Assembly (NCBI GenBank): GCA_964016885.1
Contig: OZ024740.1
Location: forward strand, 424,576,001 to 424,640,000
Direction of reading: 5' to 3'
Length of the DNA: 64,000 bases
Source of the DNA: Eledone cirrhosa
Taxonomy: Eukaryota
Positions within the stretch are counted from its first letter, which is position 1; each line of letters opens with the position of its first letter. Both the position numbers and the translations under genes were made by a program. Below the pieces are notes generated by a model, which saw only the letters and a list, made by a program, of their open reading frames with translations, was not told where the DNA came from and did not search any database. Below are positions 27,821-40,845 of the stretch, one piece after another.

Positions 27821-29811
27821 AAGACAAACATAGAATATTCGAAAATATTCTGTATGTTTATAATAAACATTTTGAAGACCCAATCGCTATAGAATAGAAT
27901 ACGTCACGTATTACAATTTGAGATTCTCGATAAAAGCAAGGGAAGTAACCTACGCGTTTCATTCTTATTAGAAATCATCAGGATTACATATCCAATGCTT
28001 TTATCGAGAACGACACAGCTAGAGACTTATAGAATACTTAGCTGTGTACAGGAACTGGTTTGAAAGAGCGGTTGCCGGTCCGGCAGAAATTAGAATTTGG
28101 ATTTAATGCTCTGAAATAGCGATATATATGTGAAGACAAACATAGAATATTCGAAAATATTCTGTATGTTTATAATAAACATTTTGAAGACCCAATCGCT
28201 ATAGAATAGAATACGTCACGTATTACAATTTGAGATTCTCGATAAAAGCAAGGGAAGTAACCTACGCGTTTCATTCTTATTAGAAATCATCAGGATTAAA
28301 TATCCAATGCTTTTATCGAGAACGACACAGCTAGAGACTTATAGAATACTTAGCTGTGTACAGGAACTGGTTTGAAAGAGCGGTAGCCGGTCCGGCAGAA
28401 ATTAGAATTTGGATTTAATGCTCTGAAATAGCGATATATATGTGAAGACAAACATAGAATATTCGAAAATATTCTGTATGTTTATAATAAACATTTTGAA
28501 GACCCAATCGCTATAGAATAGAATACGTCACGTATTACAATTTGAGATTCTCGATAAAAGCAAGGGAAGTAACCTACGCGTTTCATTCTTATTAGAAATC
28601 ATCAGGATTACATATCCAATGCTTTTATCGAGAACGACACAGCTAGAGACTTATAGAATACTTAGCTGTGTACAGGAACTGGTTTGAAAGAGCGGTTGCC
28701 GGTCCGGCAGAAATTAGAATTTGGATTTAATGCTCTGAAATAGCGATATATATGTGAAGACAAACATAGAATATTCGAAAATATTCTGTATGTTTATAAT
28801 AAACATTTTGAAGACCCAATCGCTATAGAATAGAAAACGTCACGTATTACAATTTGAGATTCTCGATAAAAGCAAGGGAAGTAACCTACGCGTTTCATTC
28901 TTATTAGAAATCATCAGGATTAAATATCCACTGCTTTTATCGAGAACGACACAGCTAGAGACTTATAGAATACTTAGCTGTGTACAGGAACTGGTTTGAA
29001 AGAGCGGTAGCCGGTCCGGCAGAAATTAGAATTTGGATTTAATGCTCTGAAATAGCGATATATATGTGAAGACAAACATAGAATATTCGAAAATATTCTG
29101 TATGTTTATAATAAACATTTTGAAGACCCAATCGCTATAGAATAGAATACGTCACGTATTACAATTTGAGATTCTCGATAAAAGCAAGGGAAGTAACCTA
29201 CGCGTTTCATTCTTATTAGAAATCATCAGGATTACATATCCAATGCTTTTATCGAGAACGACACAGCTAGAGACTTATAGAATACTTAGCTGTGTACAGG
29301 AACTGGTTTGAAAGAGCGGTAGCCGGTCCAGCAGAAATTAGAATTTGGATTTAATGCTCTGAAATAGCGATATATATGTGAAGACAAACATAGAATATTC
29401 GAAAATATTCTGTATGTTTATAATAAACATTTTGAAGACCCAATCGCTATAGAATAGAATACGTCACGTATTACAATTTGAGATTCTCGATAAAAGCAAG
29501 GGAAGTAACCTACGCGTTTCATTCTTATTAGAAATCATCAGGATTACATATCCAATGCTTTTATCGAGAACGACACAGCTAGAGACTTATAGAATACTTA
29601 GCTGTGTACAGGAACTGGTTTGAAAGAGCGGTTGCCGGTCCGGCAGAAATTAGAATTTGGATTTAATGCTCTGAAATAGCGATATATATGTGAAGACAAA
29701 CATAGAATATTCGAAAATATTCTGTATGTTTATAATAAACATTTTGAAGACCCAATCGCTATAGAATAGAATACGTCACGTATTACAATTTGAGATTCTC
29801 GATAAAAGCAA
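27818..29811 (-). mobile_element. Tandem array of 312-bp HHR family B monomers (6 full plus 1 partial), retrozyme-like
   Basis: Units start at 27818, 28130, 28442, 28754, 29066, 29378 and 29690. Each full unit carries an HHR on the minus strand. Confidence 0.92.
27945..27987 (-). ncRNA. Minimal type I hammerhead ribozyme (family B), repeated every 312 bp to 29505-29547
   Basis: Minus: gtaatc CTGATGA t-ttct-aata-agaa-t GAAA CGCG TA ggttac. Stem I is extended by ttctcgataaaagca/tgcttttatcgagaa. Confidence 0.88.
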
Positions 29812-30739
29812 TATATATATATACACATATGCATACAGGTACAGATACATATATGCACGCATCAGTTTAGCCGACGTTTATTATAACGCCGGCCGCTTTG
29901 TTCGTTTGTTTGTCAACAAAGCGAACAGCCTGAATTTATGCCATACGGTGTTAAGGCAACCACGTCACCTTTTTGTTCAACACTGACACAGGAACGATGT
30001 ACTAGTTTCAAGCTTGTTAGCTATCATCAGTACCATTTACCCATCTGCCAGATAGTTGAACGTTCGAAAGTATATACTTTCCTTATGAAAATTAACGGCT
30101 GAGCAGCCTAATTTGCATATTGAGTGAGTTAAATCGGTCAGGCATACCGAAAACGATAAGCTGAAAAAAATGAAAACGAAATTTCATTTCTCACTCTTAG
30201 TATGGCACTTACTTAAATGTAAGTATGTATGTATACGTACATACATATATGTATACAGACGTACAGTAGCATGCATATATATATATATATACACATATGC
30301 ATACAGGTACACATACATATATGCACGCATCAGTTTAGACGACGTTTATTATAACGCCGGCCGCTTTGTTCGTTTGTTTGTCAACAAAGCGAACAGCCTG
30401 AATTTATGCCATACGGTGTTAAGGCAACCACGTCACCTTTTTGTTCAACACTGACACAGGAACGATGTACTAGTTTCAAGCTTGTTAGCTATCATCAGCA
30501 TCGTTTACCCATCTGCCAGATAGTTAAACGTTCGAAAGTATATACTTTCCTTATGAAAATTAACGGCTGAGCAGCCTAATTTGCATATTGAGTGAGTTAA
30601 ATCGGTCAGGCATACCGAAAACGATAAGTTGAAAAAAATGAAAACGAAATTTCATTTCTCACTCTTAGTATGGCACTTACTTAAATGTAAGTATGTATGT
30701 ATACGTACATACATATATGTATACAGACGTACAGTAGCA

Positions 30740-30820
<81 letters not shown>

Positions 30821-31439
30821 TGCATACAGGTACACATACATATATGCACGCATCAGTTTAGCCGACGTTTATTATAACGCCGGCCGCTTTGTTCGTTTGT
30901 TTGTCAACAAAGCGAACAGCCTGAATCTATGCCATACAGTGTTAAGGCAACCACGTCACCTTTTTGTTCAACACTGACACAGGAACGATGTACTAGTTTC
31001 AAGCTTGTTAGCTATCATCAGCACCGTTTACCCATCTGCCAGATAGTTGAACGTTCGAAAGTATATACTTTCCTTATGAAAATTAACGGCTGAGCAGCCT
31101 AATTTGCATATTGAGTGAGTTAAATCGGTCAGGCATACCGAAAACGATAAGTTGAAAAAAATGAAAACGAAATTTCATTTCTCACTCTTAGTATGGCACT
31201 TACTTAAATGTAAGTATGTATGTATACGTACATACATATATGTATAGAGGCGTACAGTAGCATGCATATATATATATATATATACACATATGCATACAGG
31301 TACACATACATATATGCACGCATCAGTTTAGCCGACGTTTATTATAACGCCGGCCGCTTTGTTCGTTTGTTTGTCAACAAAGCGAACAGCCTGAATTTAT
31401 GCCATACGGTGTTAAGGCAACCACGTCACCTTTTTTAAT

Positions 31440-31820
31440 TAAGTGCCATACTAAGAGTGAGAAATGAAATTTCGTTTTCATTTTTTTCAACTTATCGTTT
31501 TCGGTATGCCTGACCGATTTAACTCACTCAATATGCAAATTAGGCTGCTCAGCCGTTAATTTTCATAAGGAAAGTATATACTTTCGAACGTTCAACTATC
31601 TGGCAGATGGGTAAACGGTGCTGATGATAGCTAACAAGCTTGAAACTAGTACATCGTTCCTGTGTCAGTGTTGAACAAAAAGGTGACGTGGTTGCCTTAA
31701 CACCGTATGGCATAAATTAAGGCTGTTCGCTTTGTTGACAAACAAACGAACAAAGCGGCCGGCGTTATAATAAACGTCGGCTAAACTGATGCGTGCATAT
31801 ATGTATGTGTACCTGTATGC

Positions 31821-31895
<75 letters not shown>

Positions 31896-32336
31896 TGCTA
31901 CTGTACGTCTGTATACATATATGTATGTACGTATACATACATACTTACATTTAAGTAAGTGCCATACTAATTGTGAGAAATGAAATTACGTTTTCATTTT
32001 TTTCAACTTATCGTTTTCGGTATGCCTGACCGATTTAACTCACTCAATATGCAAATTAGGCTGCTCAGCCGTTAATTTTCATAAGGAAAGTATATACTTT
32101 CGAACGTTCAACTATCTGGCAGATGGGTAAACGGTGCTGATGATAGCTAACAAGCTTGAAACTAGTACATCGTTCCTGTGTCAGTGTTGAACAAAAAGGT
32201 GACGTGGTTGCCTTAACACCGTATGGCATAAATTCAGGCTGTTCGCTTTGTTGACAAACAAACGAACAAAGCGGCCGGCGTTATAATAAACGTCGGCTAA
32301 ACTGATGCGTGCATATATGTATGTGTACCTGTATGC

Positions 32337-32413
<77 letters not shown>

Positions 32414-32469
32414 TCCTACTGTACGTCTGTATACATATATGTATGTACGTATACATACATACTTACATT
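31440..32469 (+). mobile_element. Inverted array (2 units) of HHR family A
   Basis: Reverse complement of the preceding units, with HHRs at 31616-31656 and 32132-32172. Confidence 0.9.
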
Positions 32470-32497
32470 TATATATATATACATATATACATATATG

Positions 32498-32529
<32 letters not shown>

Positions 32530-33034
32530 CATATATATATACATATATATATAGACATATATATATACATATATACATATATATATACATATATATATAC
32601 ATATATATATATACATATATATATACATATATATATACATATATATATATATAAATACATATATATACATACATATATATACATATATACATATACATAT
32701 ATACATATATATATACATATATATGCTTTCCCCTTCGCTGTGACCTGTCTTTTTTCTCTTCCCTTACTGCTATCCTCTTTCTCTCTCCTCCCTCTTACTT
32801 TCACTCACCCTCTCTGCTAGTCACCCTCTCTCGGCTAGCCTCTTCCTTGCACTTTCCATACACTAGCTCTAGTAAATGATGTACTCACCCCCAACTTTCC
32901 CCTGGCATATACACGCTATGGAAGCAAGCACAAGCGTGTTTATACTCATACAAAACATCTATTTTCATGCCACCTCAAAGGACAGCGTTTTCACCTTCCC
33001 TTCAACTATTTCTTTTCTCTGTCTTCTAAACAAT

Positions 33035-33275
33035 GGTTTCTGAGTTAGGCAGAAGGCCAACAATTTTCAGGGAAGGGAAAGTCAATAAAATCAACCCCAG
33101 TGCGTTACTGGTACTTTGTTTCAACGACCCCGTTACTAGAACTTTATTTTATCGACCTCTAAGGATGAAAGTCAAAGCTAACCTAGGCGTGATTTGAACT
33201 CAAAACGTAAAGGGCGGTGACTATATGCCACCAAAATGTCCGACGCTTTACCGAAACTGCCAATCCACCACCATT
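33035..33275 (-). mobile_element. Meta-like SINE
   Basis: Reverse-complement core. Confidence 0.75.
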
Positions 33276-33459
33276 CCGTCTTCTAAATAATGCACCTAAT
33301 TTATTCTTTCCCATTCTTTTTTTCATGTTATTGTCTCCAATTCTATCATCTCCTCCCTTTTGATGAAGGACTGATGTGCGAAACGTTAACTGCATTTATT
33401 TATTACATTGAAGAGTTAATATAAACCCACTATGCTTTTGGATTTTGACTGTTGTTTTG

Positions 33460-33783
33460 CAATACGCATACATACACGCACACACACGCACACATACACA
33501 CGCACACACATACATACACACGCACACACATACATACACACGCAAACACACACACGCTCACACTCAGAGACACACACAAACACAGAGACACACGCTCACA
33601 CACACACACACATAACACATACACACGCGCTCACACATACTCTCACACACACACGCACACATACACACATACATATAACATACACATACACACGCAAACA
33701 CACACACGCTCACACACACACACACGCGCACACAGTAATACACACGCACACACACACTCACTCTCACACAAAAAACACACACA

Positions 33784-33851
<68 letters not shown>

Positions 33852-33903
33852 CACACTCACACTCACACACACATACACACACACTCACTCACACAGACAC
33901 GCT

Positions 33904-33934
<31 letters not shown>

Positions 33935-33940
33935 ACACAC
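33460..33940. repeat. (CA)n-rich microsatellite
   Basis: Directly visible. Confidence 0.95.
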
Positions 33941-34148
33941 AAGCAGCTGTACATAGATTACTAGGGATTAATAGTACCTAAAAACCAATATAATCAGAAT
34001 AATTTATTTTATTTTCGGATAAATTGTATTTAAAAGATCCCGCCATTGTTGGTCCAGCAATGTTGAGTCATTCAAAACCGTTGTTCCAATTCAAAATATG
34101 CAGCAACTGGAATTTCTTAAACAATATATATATATATATATATATATA

Positions 34149-34350
34149 TGAAAAGGTATGACCCCGACGGCAGAGCTCAAGCCGTTTCGACGGCTATTTC
34201 TGGACTACTAGTCCAGAAATAGCCGTGGAAACGGCTTGAGCTCTGCCGTCGGGGTCATACTTTTTCCTATTTCCCACTCTACTACCCTAAGTATTGAGTA
34301 CTCTGGTGCGTTAATGGTTCATCTGGTTCCTTACCACAATTCCTTTGTTA
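34149..34350 (+). mobile_element. Foldback half-hammerhead element in (TA)n, best-preserved copy
   Basis: Near-perfect ~57-bp inverted arms centred at ~34207, plus tail. Confidence 0.85.
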
Positions 34351-34375
34351 TATATATATAAATATATATATATAT

Positions 34376-36413
34376 ATTATATCTTAAGGTTTGTTGGTTC
34401 ACCACTGGATAGAACTGGTCATTCCGTATGGTCAATCCTGGTGTAATATTGTGAAGAGTACTCAACGCAGTGCAGTTCACCCATCTTCATTTGTGTAGTT
34501 GGTGGTGCGAATACGGAGTTAATTATAAATGAAATAACAGGAGGCTGGACTGGTGTAAATCCTTGAAAGGTTTATTATACTATGATCATTTCAATGACCG
34601 GGTTCCATATGAATCCGGTGATATCATCAGGTATTGGAATATAACAAAGGAATATGTAAAAAGCCATAGGTCCCAAAAACCATGGGTCCGAGAAACCAGA
34701 GACAGAGAGGGCGGCTGACCAACTAGCCCCGCTCAAAGTGTTGGCAACCGAAAACTACCAGTGAATATCTGGTAAGGGGGCGCAGGCCTATCATGTACTA
34801 CCACCACTCCGTCAAAGAAGAAGGGGAAGAAAGAAAGGGATAAAGAAGTGTAGTCTAAGGGTCAAACTACATTCATGTCAGAAAAAACCGCGAAAAAAAT
34901 GCTACCCAAAGAATCTATAGTGGGTATCTGTATGGTTTAATGTGTGAACCGAAGATTGGAACGCTAAACTTATGTTGCGAGTTATAGGATGAAATAAATT
35001 AAATTAAAAATATTATATTGCAAAATGGTAAATTGAAAAATAGAGGTAGCGAGATTTATTTATTTAACGAACTTACAGAGAGAGTCTTATATGAAAAACA
35101 TTTTTTTTATTGAATTCGATAAGATATTAGGATGGGATATAGAGTAAAGATTTCGATTGGGAGTCCCAGCCAGCACACCCACCACCATGAGTCAACCAGT
35201 CTCGAGTGGTATCGTCCAACGAAAGAAATGGAAATTAATTTTTCCGAGTACTCTAGGAACGTAGCTAACTTTGGCCCCGGGATCGCTAGCGGGAACTCCA
35301 CAATTTTGACAGGCCATCGTCTATACCACGAATACTATTAAATCACACATTAGGGGTTTATTTACGTGTCAATAGAGGTATGATACAGCTAATAGTTGTG
35401 CCCAACGTGGAGTTTGTAGGTACAGGTATAATTAGGCGGCCAAAACAGGCGGCGCGGTGGGACTGGGGCAGAGCAAGCCACTCCGAGTAATTTCATTTAC
35501 CGAAAGAGGACAAATTATTTTTCCGAGCACATAAGGAAGGCTGAACTTTCCGAGTGCCGAGCGCGCAGCCGGGAAAAAGCCACCACACAAGTCGTCAAAC
35601 AATGAAAAGTGCAAATAGATCAAAATTATTTTAAATTATTTTAAAGTCCCAGTTAGTCCGGGTTATAGGTAGTGTGGTTCTTGGGTGGGTAGGGGGCTAT
35701 GAAGGTGCATAATGACCTGAGTAAGGAAAAGTTACAAAAAAATACCAATGCATTGATAAAAATACATTAATAAAATAACAGAAAATAATAAAATAATAAA
35801 ATATACATTAATGAGATAGTAAATTTCATTTATAATTAACTCCGTATTCGCACCACCAACTACACAAACGAAGACGGGTGAACTGCACTGCGTTGAGTAC
35901 TCTTCACAATATTATACCAGGATTGACCATACGGAATGACCAGTTCTATCCAGTGGTGAACCAACACACCTTAAGAAATAATGCTCCTATAATGTTGAGC
36001 ACTTCCAGATGTAATATTGAACAGCGGCACTGACTTCAGTGTACAGCTGTTACCAGCATGGGATTAACTGATCTACCGCCACCTGATACCACTTCCTTGT
36101 TGGGATGATTCCGATTCCGACAAAACTACGTATTATACTAAAATTTGTATTGTATTGACTGTATTCTCTACTCTATACCTCAGGACTTTTTGTGACTCGC
36201 ACTGAATTCGGAACCCGAACTTTACACTAGGTACAATCTGTTACCATTCCATCTCCTCCATCCTCTATATCTGTATCTATATGTACAACTTATATTATCT
36301 TACTACAACTTGATCTATATTGACTCTTATTTACCTTTATTAATTTTTTTACTATCTCATTAATGTATATTTTATTATTTTATTAATGTATTTTTATCAA
36401 TGTATTGGTATTT
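34376..36413. mobile_element. Penelope-like deletion derivative with an internal inversion
   Basis: Inverted repeats 34382-34535/35823-35976 and ~35740-35823/36348-36413; HHR at 34577-34634. Confidence 0.7.
34577..34634 (-). ncRNA. Type I hammerhead ribozyme
   Basis: Minus: atac CTGATGA tatc-accggattc-atat-ggaacccggt-catt GAAA TGATCA TA gtat, with palindromic ATGATCAT stem III. Confidence 0.75.
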
Positions 36414-36919
36414 CTGGACTAAATTAGAATTTTTAGCGTGGTAATAAATAGCCGAACTTTTCAAGGGGTAATTCCTTATATGGGAAGTACAATCTTAAGC
36501 TATGTACCCAGACATCCTTTATTATATTCTGAAATTGACGTACTAATTTGCATATAATTATCGCTCGTGTTGGTAATTAAATAAAATATATATCATCTGC
36601 ATATTTTGAAACTTTAAATCAAACAAAATTTATTTTAGAGATAAAATTATTGATATACAAAAAAAATGTCATAACTTTCATTAAATGTTAGTGAAAGACA
36701 CCACATCTTTCTGAGCCCCAGGATTTTCTGTGGGGAAACAATGATCTATAATTGTTGCAGGTCTTTATAGATTGAAGAGTAGAAATAAAGGTCCATGCCC
36801 TTGGGAAGTATATATAAGAACTATAACATAAGAAGTGCAGCTTGGTAGAGGAAGTATTTGGTGGCCAAAGTTATTGTTGTTGTCTAATACATTTTAACCT
36901 AGTCAACAGTGTTGAAGGT

Positions 36920-37159
36920 GAAGGCGCATGGCTTTGTGGTTAGCGCATTGAGCTTGCAATTGAAAGGTTGCGAGTTCAATTCTCAGACCGGGTGATGTGT
37001 TGTTTCCTTGAGCAAGACACTTTATTTCACGTTGCTCCAGTTTACTCAACTGTAGAAATGAAATGATAGGACTGAGATCCCTATCATTAAATTACCCAAG
37101 ACACCTCCAACGAGATATACCTTGGAGGAGGCTAGCTAAACCTGCATAGGTGTGAGCTG

Positions 37160-37237
<78 letters not shown>
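36920..37237 (+). mobile_element. CORE-like SINE with (CA)n tail and TSD
   Basis: A/B boxes and core; TSD acagtgttgaag. Confidence 0.88.
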
Positions 37238-37240
<3 letters not shown>

Positions 37241-37889
37241 GTTGAAGCTGTTACAATCACATTCCCCCCTTTTTTTCACACATGGTATTAAGGACTGTAT
37301 GCTCCAATGTATCTCCTTGTTTAAAACAGAATGGTGTGATATGTTGGTAATTTAACTGCTGTGTCCAAAAAGATACAGTGTTTTTTATGTTAACTATGGT
37401 GGTTGGCTGAGCTGCGCCGATGACTCTATTTTTCAGGGCCTCCAAAACTGGTGGACGAAAGGATAGAAGTTATCCACAAACAAGAACCTGGCCTCAATGC
37501 TTGCAACCGACTGAACTTTCTCAAAGACATCCACAGACTAGGTGGTGACAGGTTAAGTCTATCACTTAAGACACCAGACGAAATTATCTGGTCTGGTGCT
37601 ATAATTCCACCAATTCAACACCCAGGTACTTTATTTTATTGACCCGAAACGATGAAAGTTAAAATTGAACTCGGCGTGATTTAAACCAACAATGTAATGA
37701 GCTGGTGAAGTGGAACAACCGTAAGGTATATTTTGTTCTCACGACTTTATTAGAAATCGTGAGGTCTTCAGGAGGTTAGATGGAAGTAGTCATCAGTAAG
37801 AAATTTTAGAAGATTTGATACTGTTTTTAACTGTAAAACAGACATGGAAAACAAAATGACACATTAGTGGGAAAATACATATGGTGTGA

Positions 37890-39760
37890 CTGTATATATT
37901 TTATATAGTCCTGTATACAGTTTTATATACTGTCGTGTATATATTTTTATATACAGTGTAGTATATATTTTATATATACAGTCCAGTATATATTTATATA
38001 CAGTCTAGTATATATTTTACAGTACTGTATATAGTCTATATATACGGTCTAGTATATATTTTATATAGGGTGTAGTATATATTTTATATGTGGAGGCACG
38101 TGGCCTAGTGGTAAGGGTGTTGGACTTACGATCATAATGTCGTGGGCTCGGTTCCTGGGTTGCCTGTTGTGTTCTTGAGCAAAACACTTCATTTCACGTT
38201 GCTCCAGTATACTCAGCTGAAAATGAGTACCAGCAATAGCTGGAGGTTTAACCCTGCGATGGACTGGCGTCCTGTCCAGGGGGGAGTCTTGTACTCTCAG
38301 TCGCTTCCGGCCATAAAACCGGGATAAACTCCGGTCAAATGAGCCTTCTGGCTTAAGACAGACTTTAGATATTTTATATACAGTCCAGTATATATTTTAT
38401 ATACAGTCCAGTATATATTTTATATACAGTCTAGTATATATTTTATATACAGTCTAGTATATATTTTATATACAGTCTAGTATATATTTTATATAGAGTC
38501 CAGTATATATTTTATATACAGTCCTATATATATTTTATATACAGTCCAGTATATATTTTATATACAGTCTAGTATATATTTTATATACAGTCCTATATAT
38601 ATTTTATATACAGTCCAGTATATATTTTATATACAGTCTAGTATATATTTTATATACAGTCCTATATATATTTTATATACAGTCCAGTATATATTTTATA
38701 TACAGTCTAGTATATATTTTATATACAGTCTAGTATATATTTTATATACAGTCTAGTATATATTTTATATAGAGTCCAGTATATATTTTATATACAGTCT
38801 AGTATATATTTTATATACAGTCTAGTATATATTTTATATACAGTCTAATATATATTTTATATACAGTCTAGTATATATTTTATATACAGTCTAGTATATA
38901 TTTTATATATATAGTCTAGTGTATATTTTATATACAGTCCTATATATATTTTATATACAGTCTAGTATATATTTTATATAGAGTCCAGTATATATTTTAT
39001 ATACAGTCTAGTTTATATTTTATATACAGTGTAGTATATATTTTATATACAGTCTAGTATATTTTATATATACAGTCTAGTATATATTTTATATAGAGTC
39101 CAGTATATATTTTATATACAGTCAAGTATATATTTTATATACAGTGTAGTATATATTTTATATACAGTCTAGTATATTTTATATATACAGTCTAGTATAT
39201 ATTTTATATACAGTCTAGTATATATTTTATATACAGTCCTGTATATATTTTATATACAGTCTAGTATATATTTTATATAGAGTCCAGTATATATTTTATA
39301 TACAGTCTAGTATATATTTTATATACAGTGTAGTATATATTTTATATACAGTCTAGTATATTTTAAATATACAGTCTAGTATATATTTTATATACAGTCT
39401 AGTATATATTTCATATACAGTCCAGTATATATTTTTTATTCAGTCTAGTATATATTTTAAATACAGTCCTATATATATTTTATATACAGTCCTGTATATA
39501 TTTTATATACAGTGTAGTATATATTTTATATACAGTGTAGTATATATTTTATATACAGTATAGTATATATTTTAAATACAGTCTAGTATATATTTTAAAT
39601 ACAGTCTAGTATATATTTTATATACAGTGTAGTATATATTTTATATACAGTGTAGTATATATTTTATATACAGTATAGTATATATTTTAAATACAGTCTA
39701 GTATATATTTAAAATACAGTCTAGTATATATTTTATATACAGTCATGTATATATTTCTAT
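37890..39760. repeat. 23-bp AT-rich minisatellite
   Basis: Unit cagtctagtatatattttatata, interrupted by a SINE at 38090-38367. Confidence 0.95.
38090..38367 (+). mobile_element. CORE-like SINE, long-tail subfamily
   Basis: tggcctagtggt A box and ttcttgagcaaaacactt core. Confidence 0.85.
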
Positions 39761-39901
39761 ATATGGTTTCTGATTTAGGCACAATGCCAAAAGGGAGGGG
39801 GAATTCGATTAAATCGATCCAGTACATGGCTGGTACTTTATTTTAATGACTCCCTGAGACCAGCCCGAGTTCATAGATGTTATCTAACCATATTGCTCGG
39901 T

Positions 39902-40148
39902 GAAGGCGCATAGCTTAGTGGTTAGAACATTAGGGTTGCAATCGAAAGGTTGTGAGTTCAATTCTCGGACTGGGAAATGTGTTGTTTCCTTGAGCAAGAC
40001 ACTTTATTTCATGTTGCTCTAGTTTACTCAGCTGTAGAAATGAGATGATAGGACTGGGTTCCCTATCATTAGATTACCCAAGACACCTCCAACGAGATAT
40101 ACCTTGGAGGAGGCCAATTAAACCTGCATAGGTGTGAGCTGTCACACA
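39902..40148 (+). mobile_element. CORE-like SINE
   Basis: Close homolog of 5337 and 36920; TSD attgctcgg. Confidence 0.88.
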
Positions 40149-40788
40149 CATTGCTCGGGGTTCTACCCCCGGCTGTCCAGCTGGTTGGTTTTGACCGTAA
40201 AACCTGTCTCATCAAAGAATCACTGGACAGACAGATGCTGATTGTACTGCCCCAAATATCAGAACAATTCTCTAAAGTAGAGCACCACTACAGCATTAAA
40301 TAGAGTCGTCCGAATCTGAGGAACTATTCTACTAATAAATTACAAATATTTCTAATACCGATAGGTTGTGTCACCCTTATTTTGCTGGTCGCCATTTTTT
40401 CTTCCTTGGTATTGTTACAGTCTTCACTGTATTATTAGCTGATTCTTTGATCGTCGCCTCTTTTCAATCAATGTCTCGCTTGGCAAATACTATCTCTTTG
40501 TTAGCCGTTTCTCTAATCTTCTCGCCTCTTCAACTAATATCCTTCTCTGTGATGTATGTATGTGTGTTCGTTTGTGTGTGTGTGTATGTATGTGTATGTA
40601 TGTATGTGTCTATGTGTGCATGTATGTCATATATATATATATATGGAGAGAGACATATACACACACACATACATACATATATATATGTAATATATATATG
40701 TATATATATATATATGTTTATATGTATGTATATATATATATGTATATATATATAAGTATGTATATATATATGTATGTATATATATATG

Positions 40789-40845
<57 letters not shown>

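Larger units (their letters stand above)
26637..31435 (-). mobile_element. Tandem array of HHR family A monomers (~470-520 bp, variable internal (TA)n), interrupted by the family B array
   Basis: Near-identical units with minus-strand HHRs at 26994-27034, 27468-27508, 29995-30035, 30463-30503 and 30986-31026. Confidence 0.9.
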
